From the NCBI GenBank assembly GCA_963767925.1, contig CAVYGB010000002.1:1664001-1728000 (forward strand): a DNA stretch of 64,000 bases, read 5' to 3'. Below, piece after piece: positions 41,456 through 51,789 of the stretch; position 1 is the stretch's first letter, and each line of letters begins with the position of its first letter. The notes below the pieces were generated by a model, which was not told the DNA's origin, searched no databases, and saw nothing but the letters and a program-made list of their open reading frames with translations. Both the position numbers and the translations under genes were made by a program. The stretch comes from an uncultured delta proteobacterium. GTDB taxonomy: Bacteria; Myxococcota_A; Polyangia; Fen-1088.

Positions 41456-44407
41456 CTACCGGCGGGTCAGCTCGAGGGGGCGGGGGGGCTGGGCGGCGGT
41501 GGCGACGGTCAGCTTCAGGATCGTGCCGGGGTCGCCGCCCAGCAGGAACTCGAGGCCGCCTCGGCCCAGGCCGTCGGTCGGCTTGCCGTCGATCGCCAGC
41601 AGGCGATCACCGGCCTTGATGCCCGCCTGCTCGGCCGGCCCCCTGGCGACGACGTGCCGGACATGGGGGCGGCGGTTCTCGAAAGACACGGTCAGGCCGA
41701 CCTGGCTGGCCGACCGCTCCGGCTGGGCGGTGCCACGCACCAGCTTGAGCGTGCCGAGGTCGAGCTCGGTGCCGCCGGCCGGCAGGTCTATCTCGGCGGT
41801 GTCCGCCACGAACCCGGGCATCCGGGCGCCGTACATCAGGCGGACCTTGCGCCCGCCCAGCAGCCCCTCCATGGCGAAGTGCCCCCGGGCGTCCGCCGTC
41901 CGCATCGTCATCTGGTGATCGAAGAGCAGCACCGGCACCCCGGCCAGCGGGTCGCCCTCCGGGAAGCTGGCGATCTGACCCAGCAGCTTCAGGCCGCGAC
42001 CCAGCGCCACCCGCAGCCCGGCCTTGCGCTCGCCGGCGGCCAGGGTCAGCCCGGGGACCTGTCCGCTCATGCCGTCGGCGGTGGTGACAACCACGTCGTA
42101 GGTCCCCGCGGCCAGGCCGCCGACCTCGAAGGCGCCGCCGGGATCGTGCACGGGCGGGGCGCCCCCGCCCATCATCCTGGCCAGGCTGCTCGTCGCCCCG
42201 CCCGGCCGCCGGCCCGGGGCGCCGGCCTCCGACTCCACCGCCTGGATGGAGAAGTCGGTGACCGGGACGCCGCCCTCGCCGACCACCACCCCCGCCAGGA
42301 CCGCCGCGCGCGGGAGCTGCAGGCGCACCTCGCGCGCGCCGTCCGGGACCTTGTCCAGCCGGCCCTCGGGGAAGCTGGAGTGCCTGGCGATCACGGTGTA
42401 AGGCCCCTTCTCCAGATCGGTCAGCTCGAAGCGGCCGTCCTCCCCGGTCGCCAGCCCCTTTTGCCCGAGCATGGCCCCGAAAGCCTCGCGCACGCCCGCC
42501 TCTGTCCCCGCCGGATCGGCGCTCACCGTCGCGCCGGCGAGCGGCCGGCCGTCGGGGTCCACCACCAGCCCCGAGAGCGTCCGCCCGCCCCGCAGGATGA
42601 CCAGCTCGATCCCCTTGTGGGGCTTCGTCCCTTCCAGGGTGATCACCTTCTGCTCGCGCCCCTCGGGCTTGAAGTCGAGCATGCCGGCGAGGCCCTCTTT
42701 GCGCGAGGCCTTGATCAGAGTTTGCCCCGGCGCGAGGGGTCCCAGCTCGAACCTGCCCTGCGGATCGGTGCGGACCTGGGCCATCGCCTGCGTCGCCGGC
42801 GCGACCGCCAGGACGGTCACCCCCGCCGCCGGCTCCCCGTCGTCGTATTTCACCAGCCCGATCACCAGCGCCCCCGCGACCAGGGTCAGCGCGATCTCCC
42901 GGGTCTCCCCCGCCGCCAGGGGCTCGGGTCCCCAGCTCACCCGGCCGGTGTCCGGATCGGTGGCCACCACCTCGACCTTGCCTGCCGCCAGCGCCCGCAG
43001 CCGGAAGCGCCCGCCCGCGTCGGTCCGATCGACGGCCTGCCGTCCGGCCAGCGAGCCCGTCGCGGCGGTCACCTCGCCCACCGACGCGGTGACGGTGGCG
43101 CCCGCCGCCGGAGTGCCGTCGGGGCGTGACACTGTCCCGTGCAGCACCGCCTCGGCCCCCAGCTCGAGGTCGGCGTCGCCCCGATCCGCCTCGCGCGTGA
43201 GGACCACCTCGCGCGCGGCCGGGGCGTGGCCGGGCGCCTCGGCCGAGACCTCGTAGCGACCGGGCAGCAGCCCCTCGATCCGGTACCCTCCGGCGCCGTC
43301 GCTGAGCGCGCGCACGCTCCCCGGCAGCGCCAGCGTCGACTGCCGCACGCGGATGCGGGCGCCCGCCAGCGGTTGGCCCCGGACAAGGGTGCGCCCGGCG
43401 ATGGAGCGGCCGGCCTGGACCTCGAGGATCACCTCGGACGCGCGATCGGCGTCGGCCACCTCGACCGGCCGGGGCACCGAGACCAGCGTCCCCCGGTGGG
43501 CCGAGATGCGGAAGCTGCCCGGGTGCAGATCGCGCAGCTCGAAGGCGCCGCGCGCGTCGGTGGTGGCCTCCAGAGTGGGCCGCCACCAGACCTCCGGGTC
43601 GTGCAGCAGCACCTGCGCCCCGCCCACCGGCGCCCGGTCACCCCTGTCGATCACCTTGCCGGCCAGCCGGGCGGCGGGCCGCAGCGCGAAGTCCGCCCGG
43701 GCGGCGGCGGTCGTGTCGACCAGCCGGCTGTCGGGGGCGTAGCCGTCGGCGTCGGCGACGACCAGGTGTTGCTGCCGGGGCACGGTGATCTGGTAGCGCC
43801 CGCTGGCATCGGCGGTGGCGAGGAAGGTCCGGGTGGCGCTGCCCCCGGTCGCCTGGGAGGTCACGCGCACCTCGGCGCCGGCGATGATCCCGCCGCCGGC
43901 GTCCGACACCGTCCCGCCGAGCAGGACCCCGCCCCCCTCGAGCACGAGATCGATCCCGCTGAGCTGCCCGCCCGGGAGCACGGCGAGGCCGCCCCGGTGC
44001 GCGCCCACCTGCCCCGCCACGGTGGCGGTCAAGCCGTATTCGCCCGGCAAGATCCCCTCGATCCGGAAGCGGCCGTCGGCGCCGCTGCGCACGCGCGCGG
44101 CCGGGCGGAACCGGGGATCGCCCCCGCCCATCCCGACCTCGGGCAGCAGGGCGACGAGCGCGTCCGCCACCGGCCCGCCGCCGGCGCTGCGGACCGATCC
44201 CGCGATGCTGCCCCGCTCGCCCCCCGGATCCCGGGCCCACCCCGGCAGGTCGGCCCGCAAATCCGGCCCCTTCACCGCCCGGGTCACCTCGACCCGCGCG
44301 GCCCCGGACCCGAGCTTCCCGCCGGCGCGCCACGCGAGGATCCCGACCAGCGCGGCAGGAATCAGCAGCAAGAACGGGAGCATTTTACGATGCGACGGCA
44401 CGATCAT
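41456..44407 (-). CDS. Carboxypeptidase-regulatory-like repeat protein with C-terminal PDZ domain
   Basis: N-terminal TM; repeated G.V...G.P.AGA.V / TD..G.F.L..L.PG.Y units; GPAEQAGIKAGDRLLAIDG. Confidence 0.88.
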   Translation of the reverse strand: MIVPSHRKMLPFLLLIPAALVGILAWRAGGKLGSGAARVEVTRAVKGPDLRADLPGWARDPGGERGSIAGSVRSAGGGPVADALVALLPEVGMGGGDPRFRPAARVRSGADGRFRIEGILPGEYGLTATVAGQVGAHRGGLAVLPGGQLSGIDLVLEGGGVLLGGTVSDAGGGIIAGAEVRVTSQATGGSATRTFLATADASGRYQITVPRQQHLVVADADGYAPDSRLVDTTAAARADFALRPAARLAGKVIDRGDRAPVGGAQVLLHDPEVWWRPTLEATTDARGAFELRDLHPGSFRISAHRGTLVSVPRPVEVADADRASEVILEVQAGRSIAGRTLVRGQPLAGARIRVRQSTLALPGSVRALSDGAGGYRIEGLLPGRYEVSAEAPGHAPAAREVVLTREADRGDADLELGAEAVLHGTVSRPDGTPAAGATVTASVGEVTAATGSLAGRQAVDRTDAGGRFRLRALAAGKVEVVATDPDTGRVSWGPEPLAAGETREIALTLVAGALVIGLVKYDDGEPAAGVTVLAVAPATQAMAQVRTDPQGRFELGPLAPGQTLIKASRKEGLAGMLDFKPEGREQKVITLEGTKPHKGIELVILRGGRTLSGLVVDPDGRPLAGATVSADPAGTEAGVREAFGAMLGQKGLATGEDGRFELTDLEKGPYTVIARHSSFPEGRLDKVPDGAREVRLQLPRAAVLAGVVVGEGGVPVTDFSIQAVESEAGAPGRRPGGATSSLARMMGGGAPPVHDPGGAFEVGGLAAGTYDVVVTTADGMSGQVPGLTLAAGERKAGLRVALGRGLKLLGQIASFPEGDPLAGVPVLLFDHQMTMRTADARGHFAMEGLLGGRKVRLMYGARMPGFVADTAEIDLPAGGTELDLGTLKLVRGTAQPERSASQVGLTVSFENRRPHVRHVVARGPAEQAGIKAGDRLLAIDGKPTDGLGRGGLEFLLGGDPGTILKLTVATAAQPPRPLELTRR

Positions 44408-44468
44408 GTATCGACCTTGCAGCCTCGACGGTTGCGATGGCGGGAAGTTTCCTGAAAATCCCCCGCCC

Positions 44469-45494
44469 TCACGTCAGCTCGTCCCGCTCGCCGGTCGGGC
44501 CGGCCTCGTCGGCCGGGGCCGCGACGAGGTCGGCGCGCTTGCCCCGCCGCCAGTCGGCGGGGGCGACGTTGAGCCAGCGCTTGTAGGCCCGGCTGAGCGC
44601 GGTCTCCGAGCCGTAGCCGACCTGCTCGGCGATCTCGGCCAGCGACATCGAGGTCGAGGTCAGCAGGCTGGCGGCGAGCTGCATGCGCCACTGCGCCAGG
44701 TAGCGCATGGGGGGGACGCCGACGAAGTGGGCGAAGCGCTCGGCCAGCATCGACCGGGAGGCCCCCACCTCGCGCGCCAGGTCGTCGAGGCTCCAGGGGT
44801 GGGCGGGGCGGTCGTGCAGCTTGCCGAGGGCCCGCCCCACCGTCTCGTCGCGCAGCCCGGCCAGCCACCCGCCCTGCTCGACCGGCAAGCCGCCCAGGTA
44901 CCGGCGCACCACCTCGACGAACAGCAGCTCGCTCAGCCGGGCGAGGATGCAGTCGCTGCCCGCACGCTTCTTCACCGACTCCGAGAGCGCCAGCTTCACG
45001 AAGTGCTCGATCACGCTGTCGCTCGAGCCGGCCCCCGACACGTGCACGACCCGGGGCAAGGTCGCCAGCAGCGGGTTGAAGGGGCGGGAGTCGCAGCCGA
45101 GGAACCCGCAGATCACCTCGACCCGCGCGTCCCCGCCGCCGCCCATCTGCATGGCGATGGGCAGGCTCTGGGTCGCCAGCCGGGTCGGATCGGGGCCGGG
45201 CACGCCGCGCATCCCGGGCGCGCTCGACATCACGTGGGCGTCCCCCTGGGGAAACACGATGACGTCTCCCGCCTGCAGCTGGATCGGCGACTCGTCGATG
45301 ATGCCTCCCCAGCACGAGCCCGAGGTCACCACGTGGTATTCGATGACGTGCTCGACGCCGGGCATGATGTAGGGCCCCAGCTCGCGGGCCGCCGGAGTCT
45401 CGGCCACCCAGGAGCCGGAGGCGTCGACCGAGAAGAACACGGCGCCGGTCAGGCGCACGGCGCGCAACACCTCGGAGAGCGTGTCGGTGCTCAT
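44469..45494 (-). CDS. AraC family transcriptional regulator with N-terminal cupin domain
   Basis: DTLSEVL..VRLTG, YHVV..G, GWLAGLRD, WSLDDLA..SRS and VGYGSETALSRAYKR. Confidence 0.93.
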   Translation of the reverse strand: MSTDTLSEVLRAVRLTGAVFFSVDASGSWVAETPAARELGPYIMPGVEHVIEYHVVTSGSCWGGIIDESPIQLQAGDVIVFPQGDAHVMSSAPGMRGVPGPDPTRLATQSLPIAMQMGGGGDARVEVICGFLGCDSRPFNPLLATLPRVVHVSGAGSSDSVIEHFVKLALSESVKKRAGSDCILARLSELLFVEVVRRYLGGLPVEQGGWLAGLRDETVGRALGKLHDRPAHPWSLDDLAREVGASRSMLAERFAHFVGVPPMRYLAQWRMQLAASLLTSTSMSLAEIAEQVGYGSETALSRAYKRWLNVAPADWRRGKRADLVAAPADEAGPTGERDELT

Positions 45495-45530
45495 CGCCCG
45501 GCCCCGGGGCGGCGGTGGTCCGCGCCTTCC

Positions 45531-45565
45531 GGAAGAACGGTCATGTCAAACCGACGCCCGGTCAT
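45531..45565 (+). promoter_or_regulatory. Tandem AraC-type half-sites (GGAAGAACGGTCAT / CGACGCCCGGTCAT, 21-bp period)
   Basis: Direct repeat at a two-helical-turn period in the divergent AraC/methyltransferase spacer. Confidence 0.55.
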
Positions 45566-45611
45566 TCGCCCTCGCGGTGGCCTCGCGTACAACGAATCCA
45601 GGAGATCGCAC

Positions 45612-46454
45612 ATGAGCCAAATACTCGATTGTCCCCCCGGTGAACGCAAGCAGTCCGCCGTCGTCGACCTGAACGCCGTCAAGGCGCGCCAGCAGGCCAT
45701 GTGGGCCTCGGGCGACTTCTCGGTGATTGGTACCACCCTCCAGATCGTCGGAGAATCCCTGTGTGAGGCCCTCGACCTCGACGCGGGGTCGCGCGTCCTC
45801 GACGTGGCCTGTGGCAACGGCAACGCCACCCTGGCGGCGGCGCGCCGCTGGTGCACCGTGACCGGGCTCGACTACGTGCCCGGGCTGCTCACCCGCGCCG
45901 GCGCGCGCGCCCGGGCCGAAGGGCTCGAGGTCGAGCTCATCGAGGGCGACGCCGAGAAGCTCCCCTTCGCCGACGGCCACTTCGACGTGGCGCTGTCGAC
46001 CTTCGGGATCATGTTCGCGCCCGACCAGGAGCAGGCCGCGCGCGAGATCGTGCGGGTGGTCGAGCCGGGCGGCAAGATCGGCCTGGCGAACTGGACGCCC
46101 GAGGGTTTCATCGGGCAACTGCTGAAGACCGTCGGCAAACACGTGCCCCCGCCGGCCGGCGTCGCGTCGCCCATCTTCTGGGGCTCCGAGGCCCGCCTGC
46201 GCGAGCTGTTCCGCGGGACGCGCGCGCTGTCGGTGCAGACCCGGCCGTTCGTGTTCCGCTTCCGGTCGGCGGCCCACCTGGTCGACGTGTTCCGCAGCTA
46301 CTACGGGCCCACCTTCAAGGCTTTCGGCGCCCTCGACGCCGCCGGGCAGGCCCGGCTGGCGGCGGACATCGAGGCGCTGTCGACCCACTTCAACCGCAGC
46401 CAGACCTCCCTCGCGATCCCGGCCGACTACCTCGAGGTGGTGATCGAGCGCTGA
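45612..46454 (+). CDS. Class I SAM-dependent methyltransferase (UbiE-like)
   Basis: WASGDF, VLDVACGNG, GDAEKLPF and FDVALSTFGIMFAPD; AGGAG SD. Confidence 0.92.
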   Translation: MSQILDCPPGERKQSAVVDLNAVKARQQAMWASGDFSVIGTTLQIVGESLCEALDLDAGSRVLDVACGNGNATLAAARRWCTVTGLDYVPGLLTRAGARARAEGLEVELIEGDAEKLPFADGHFDVALSTFGIMFAPDQEQAAREIVRVVEPGGKIGLANWTPEGFIGQLLKTVGKHVPPPAGVASPIFWGSEARLRELFRGTRALSVQTRPFVFRFRSAAHLVDVFRSYYGPTFKAFGALDAAGQARLAADIEALSTHFNRSQTSLAIPADYLEVVIER

Positions 46455-46614
46455 GGCGCGAGGTACGATCGAGCGCTGAGGCGCGAGGTACGATCGAGCG
46501 CTGAGGCGCGAGGAACGATCGAGCGCTGAGGCGCGAGGAACGATCGAGCGCTGAGGCGCGAGGAACGATCGAGCGCTGAGGCGCGAGGAACGATCGACCG
46601 CTGAAAGCGCGAGG
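46442..46614. repeat. 25-bp tandem repeat GATCGAGCGCTGAGGCGCGAGG(T/A)AC, 6 copies plus a degenerate seventh
   Basis: Read directly; the first copy contains the last codons and TGA of the methyltransferase. Confidence 0.95.
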
Positions 46615-46630
46615 CCGTCGCCAGCCCCGC

Positions 46631-47257
46631 TCAGGGGTTGGCGGCGGCCCAGGCCTTCAGGCAATCGATCTCGGCGGCGGGGAGCTCGGCCCCGACGGGG
46701 GGCATGCGCTGGCCGCAGGGCGGGGTGGCGCCGAGCTTGTCGAAGAAGTAGCCACCCACGGCCGGGCTGGTCGTGACGAAGGGGCGGCCCATGCAAACGC
46801 CCGAGGCCTGGCGCAGGCGGGTCCGGACATCGGCGGCGACCACATCGAAGCCGACGTAGCTGGCCGTGGTGGCGTCGTGGCAGAGGGCGCAGCGCGGGCG
46901 CAGGATGCGAGCGATGACCTCGGTCGTGCTGGTGCAGTAGGCGGCGACGCCGGCGCCGGCGTCGGGCGTGGGCGGTGGCGGGGTGGCGGCGTCGGGGCGG
47001 ATCCCGCCGTCGCGGGCGGGAGGGGGAGGCGTCGCCGCCGCGTCGGCCATCGCGGGCGGCGGTGGCGGCGGCGGGGTGGGGGCGGCGTCGAGGCGCACCG
47101 GGAGCCCGCCGTCGACCGTCCTCGGGGTGAAGGGGAGCTGCCCGGGGCAGCCGGCGAGGGCGGTGAGCCAGAGAGCGGCGCCGGCCGCGGCGAGGGCCCG
47201 CGCGACGGTGCGTGTCGAGGGCAGGGACCGGGAACTTCTGCTTTCCTGCGATGACAT
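46631..47257 (-). CDS. Pro-rich lipoprotein with a single CxxCH motif (putative c-type cytochrome)
   Basis: LAGC lipobox, CALCH, CGQRMP (candidate distal Met) and EIDCLKAW. Confidence 0.7.
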   Translation of the reverse strand: MSSQESRSSRSLPSTRTVARALAAAGAALWLTALAGCPGQLPFTPRTVDGGLPVRLDAAPTPPPPPPPAMADAAATPPPPARDGGIRPDAATPPPPTPDAGAGVAAYCTSTTEVIARILRPRCALCHDATTASYVGFDVVAADVRTRLRQASGVCMGRPFVTTSPAVGGYFFDKLGATPPCGQRMPPVGAELPAAEIDCLKAWAAANP

Positions 47258-47378
47258 GGTGTCCCGAACAAAGCACGATCCCAGCCAACGACCCCTGAGC
47301 CCGGAAACACGGTGTACGCCGCGACCACACCCGGAAGCGGATTGCAGGCCGCAATCAGAATTCTGAGATGGGGCAGCG

Positions 47379-47472
47379 GGCCGTCGCGCTGGCAAGGCCT
47401 GCCTTGGCCCGTGGTTCGCGCGCCGGCGCGGCCCGCGTGATCGGTGGCCGCCGCGCTGGCAAGGCCTGCCTT
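47379..47472. repeat. 27-bp direct repeat pair (47379-47405, 47446-47472; one mismatch)
   Basis: GGCCG(T/C)CGCGCTGGCAAGGCCTGCCTT occurs twice. Confidence 0.8.
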
Positions 47473-48596
47473 CAGCGGCGGGCGGTGACCTCGAAGGCGC
47501 CCGCACGCTGGCCCACGCCGTTGACGACGACGTCGACCGCGTGGGTCCCGGGGTAGGGCTTGCGGGTCGTGTGGACCGCCAGGGAGATGCGGCTGCGCAG
47601 CTCCAGCCCGCCCCGCGGCGGCAGCACGACCCGCTTGAGCTTGAACACCTTCGGGGCGGCGTGCCCACCGGCTTTCACGAAGTGCACGGCGAGGTCGACA
47701 AGCAGGTCCTGGGGGCGGGTCGACTCGCTCCGCAGCACGAAGGACAGCGCCACCCGGCCCCCGATCGGCACCCGCGGCGGATCGAACGTCACCGCCTCGA
47801 TGGAGACCGCCGGCTTCTTGCCGTAGCCGAGCAGGCGCAGCGCCTCGCCCTCCCCGCGCTTCACCGCGCTTCGCAGGGCGTGCTCGACGAGGGCCCGGCG
47901 CGCGGGCGAGGCGTCCGCCAGCCAGGCGGCGCAGGTGCGGACGAGGAGCTTCGGGTGGACCTTGCCGAGGTCGTTGAGGTTGTTGGCCACGCTCCGGCGC
48001 ACGACGCTGGCCGGATCGTCCTTCAGCCGCTCGAGCAGCTCCAGCACCCGCTCCGGGTTGGCGTCCAGCCAGGCCACCCGGCTGGCCCAGGGCAGGCGCA
48101 GGCGCGTCCCCTCGGAGACCAGGCGCCGGACGTGCGGGTTGCGGTCTTTGGCCCAGCGGCGCAGGAAGGTGAAGGTCCGCTCGGGATCGCGGGCGAGGTA
48201 AGGGCGGATGCTGGACTCGGCGCTGAACCGCTTGGTCAGCTCGTATTGCGCCCGCATCGACAGGTCGAAGTGCTCCAGCCCCCGCTCGGCCACGAACAGC
48301 GTGTGGGGCAGATAGAAGAAGGGAGCCATCCCGACCCCCACCAGCTCGTCGCCGGCGTGCTCCGCCCCCAGCGAGCGCAGGAGCACCTCGATCGCCGCCG
48401 GATAGTCGGCGGGCAGGTGGGCCGCCAGCGCCCGGGCGATGTGTTTGCCGCGATCGAGCAGCTCGAGCGCCTCCAGCCCGCTGACCGCCTGCTTGACGAA
48501 GGCCTTGCGGGGAAAGCCCGGCTCGACCTGCCCGATCTCGTCGGCCAGCCGGCGCACCAGCGCCGGCGAGAAGAAGTGCTTGAGCTGCTCGGCCAT
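47472..48596 (-). CDS. DNA alkylation repair protein (AlkC-like HEAT-repeat glycosylase with C-terminal Ig-like domain)
   Basis: LTKRFSAE..IRPYL, HVRRLVSEGTR.RLPW, VRRSVANNLND, KVFKL and TTRKPYPG.H. Confidence 0.9.
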   Translation of the reverse strand: MAEQLKHFFSPALVRRLADEIGQVEPGFPRKAFVKQAVSGLEALELLDRGKHIARALAAHLPADYPAAIEVLLRSLGAEHAGDELVGVGMAPFFYLPHTLFVAERGLEHFDLSMRAQYELTKRFSAESSIRPYLARDPERTFTFLRRWAKDRNPHVRRLVSEGTRLRLPWASRVAWLDANPERVLELLERLKDDPASVVRRSVANNLNDLGKVHPKLLVRTCAAWLADASPARRALVEHALRSAVKRGEGEALRLLGYGKKPAVSIEAVTFDPPRVPIGGRVALSFVLRSESTRPQDLLVDLAVHFVKAGGHAAPKVFKLKRVVLPPRGGLELRSRISLAVHTTRKPYPGTHAVDVVVNGVGQRAGAFEVTARR

Positions 48597-48970
48597 CGTT
48601 CGTCCCCCGGCCCGATACTCGAACACCCCCTCTCGCCGCAGCGCAAGCCCCTTGCGGGGCTCGGCTGGCACCGCCAGGCGCTCAGTCGAATGCCCGAAAT
48701 CAGAGGGGCTCCCTCGTCGGGCGCGCTATTCCTTGCTGACTCGCCGACCGCCCTACCTTGAGGGATATGATCGGTCGGTACGGCGGGCTCGCATCCTGCT
48801 TGCCTCGTGGCCAGCATCGCAACGCCAGGATGCTTCTCCTGGCGCGAGTCGCGGGGCGACGGTGAGGACACCGGGCGGGACTGGGAGCCGGACGTATAAG
48901 CCCTCACGACCTCCGCCGCTCCATCGGGACCCACCCCCTGGATATCGGAGAGGATGTCCTCCAGGTGGCC

Positions 48971-49220
48971 GCTGCCGCTGCCGAACTCGCGGGGGATGGC
49001 ATCCCATTGGCACCCGGTCTTGAGCTTGTAGACGATTCCGGACATGACCTTGCGGTTGTCGTTCGGCGGTCGGCCGCCTTTGGGACTGCGTGCTCGCTTG
49101 GGAATCCAAACGCGCGTGCACTCCCAAACCTCTTCGGGGATGTCTTCGAATTGTGCCGTCATGGACAGTAGAGATCACGACCTGACGGGCTCGGCAAATT
49201 TTCGCTTGAATTGGCACTCG
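48971..49220 (-). mobile_element. Truncated IS5-family element: left end plus transposase N-terminus (49162-48971)
   Basis: W...IP...GGRPP.DNRKVMSGIVYKLKTGCQWDAIPREFGSGS, then similarity stops; no DDE domain; candidate left end GAGTGCCAATTCAA near 49206-49219. Confidence 0.8.
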
Positions 49221-49307
49221 CGCACCGTCGGTTGCAGCCACTGCGATGTCCCGGTCGCTGGTCTGGTCGGGCGCAACCAAGCCCCAACCGCCGCCGATAA
49301 CCTGGTC

Positions 49308-49679
49308 ATGTCGCCGGGGCCCCGCACCTTTGACCATCATCGGCTCGACGCTTTCTGCGTGGCCCGCGATGCTCTACGCTTGGGCGACGCTCTTGCGCGG
49401 AGAATGCCACGCGGGTATGCGACGTTGCAGGACCAGCTTCGGCGCGCGCTGTTGTCGGCATACCTGGGCATCGCCGAGGCATCCAGCCGAACGGGCGCCG
49501 ACAGGATCTCACGGTTGCGCACCGCCAGAGGCGAAGCGTCCGAGGCGGCAGCCGCCTTGGAGGCGGTTGCAATCCTGGGACTTGCTCCCGATACCGAGAT
49601 CGAAGCGGTGATGTCTCTGCTCGACCGGCTGTGCGCGATGCTCACTCGGCTCGCCGGCATGCACCGCCACCAACCCTGA
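49308..49679 (+). CDS. Four-helix-bundle protein (23S rRNA IVS protein / Avd-like family)
   Basis: FDHHRLDAF, LQDQLRRA..S..LGIAEA, ARGEASE and LDRLCAMLTRL. Confidence 0.88.
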   Translation: MSPGPRTFDHHRLDAFCVARDALRLGDALARRMPRGYATLQDQLRRALLSAYLGIAEASSRTGADRISRLRTARGEASEAAAALEAVAILGLAPDTEIEAVMSLLDRLCAMLTRLAGMHRHQP

Positions 49680-49693
49680 TGACTGCCGCGGCT

Positions 49694-49862
49694 GTCGTGG
49701 TCGTGCTCGTGTGCGAGCGCGTGTTCGAGTTCGTGTCCGTGTGTGGTGAGCGTGTTCGGCCCGCGGGCCTCGGCTCGCGTGATTTACGCGCACCGAGAGC
49801 CGCCTGGCCGCTCAACGCTCGCCCCACACGAACACGCGCTCGAACACGCCCACGAGCACGCG
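49694..49862. repeat. Imperfect long inverted repeat made of period-6 (nnCGTG/nnCGAG) units
   Basis: CGTGCTCGTGTGCGAGCGCGTGTTCGAG... pairs with ...CACGAACACGCGCTCGAACACGCCCACGAGCACG. Confidence 0.75.
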
Positions 49863-49937
49863 TCCCGGCCTCGATACCTCGTTTCGCCCATCGGCGCAAA
49901 TTCTCCACAGGTTTCAGCGGCTGGCTCTAAGTTGGCG

Positions 49938-51704
<1,767 letters not shown>

Positions 51705-51789
51705 CGGCAGGTCGAAGGGGCGGATTGAGGCGGTCGGCGCCCCCCTGGCTCCCGTCAGGGGCCAAACCGAGCCGGGGAGGTGCGAGCGG

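Noticed and set aside
46442..46614. 25-bp repeats as a CRISPR array
   Set aside because: Head-to-tail copies with no spacers.
49308..49679. Diversity-generating retroelement (Avd)
   Set aside because: No reverse transcriptase and no TR/VR pair with adenine-specific mismatches seen in the window.
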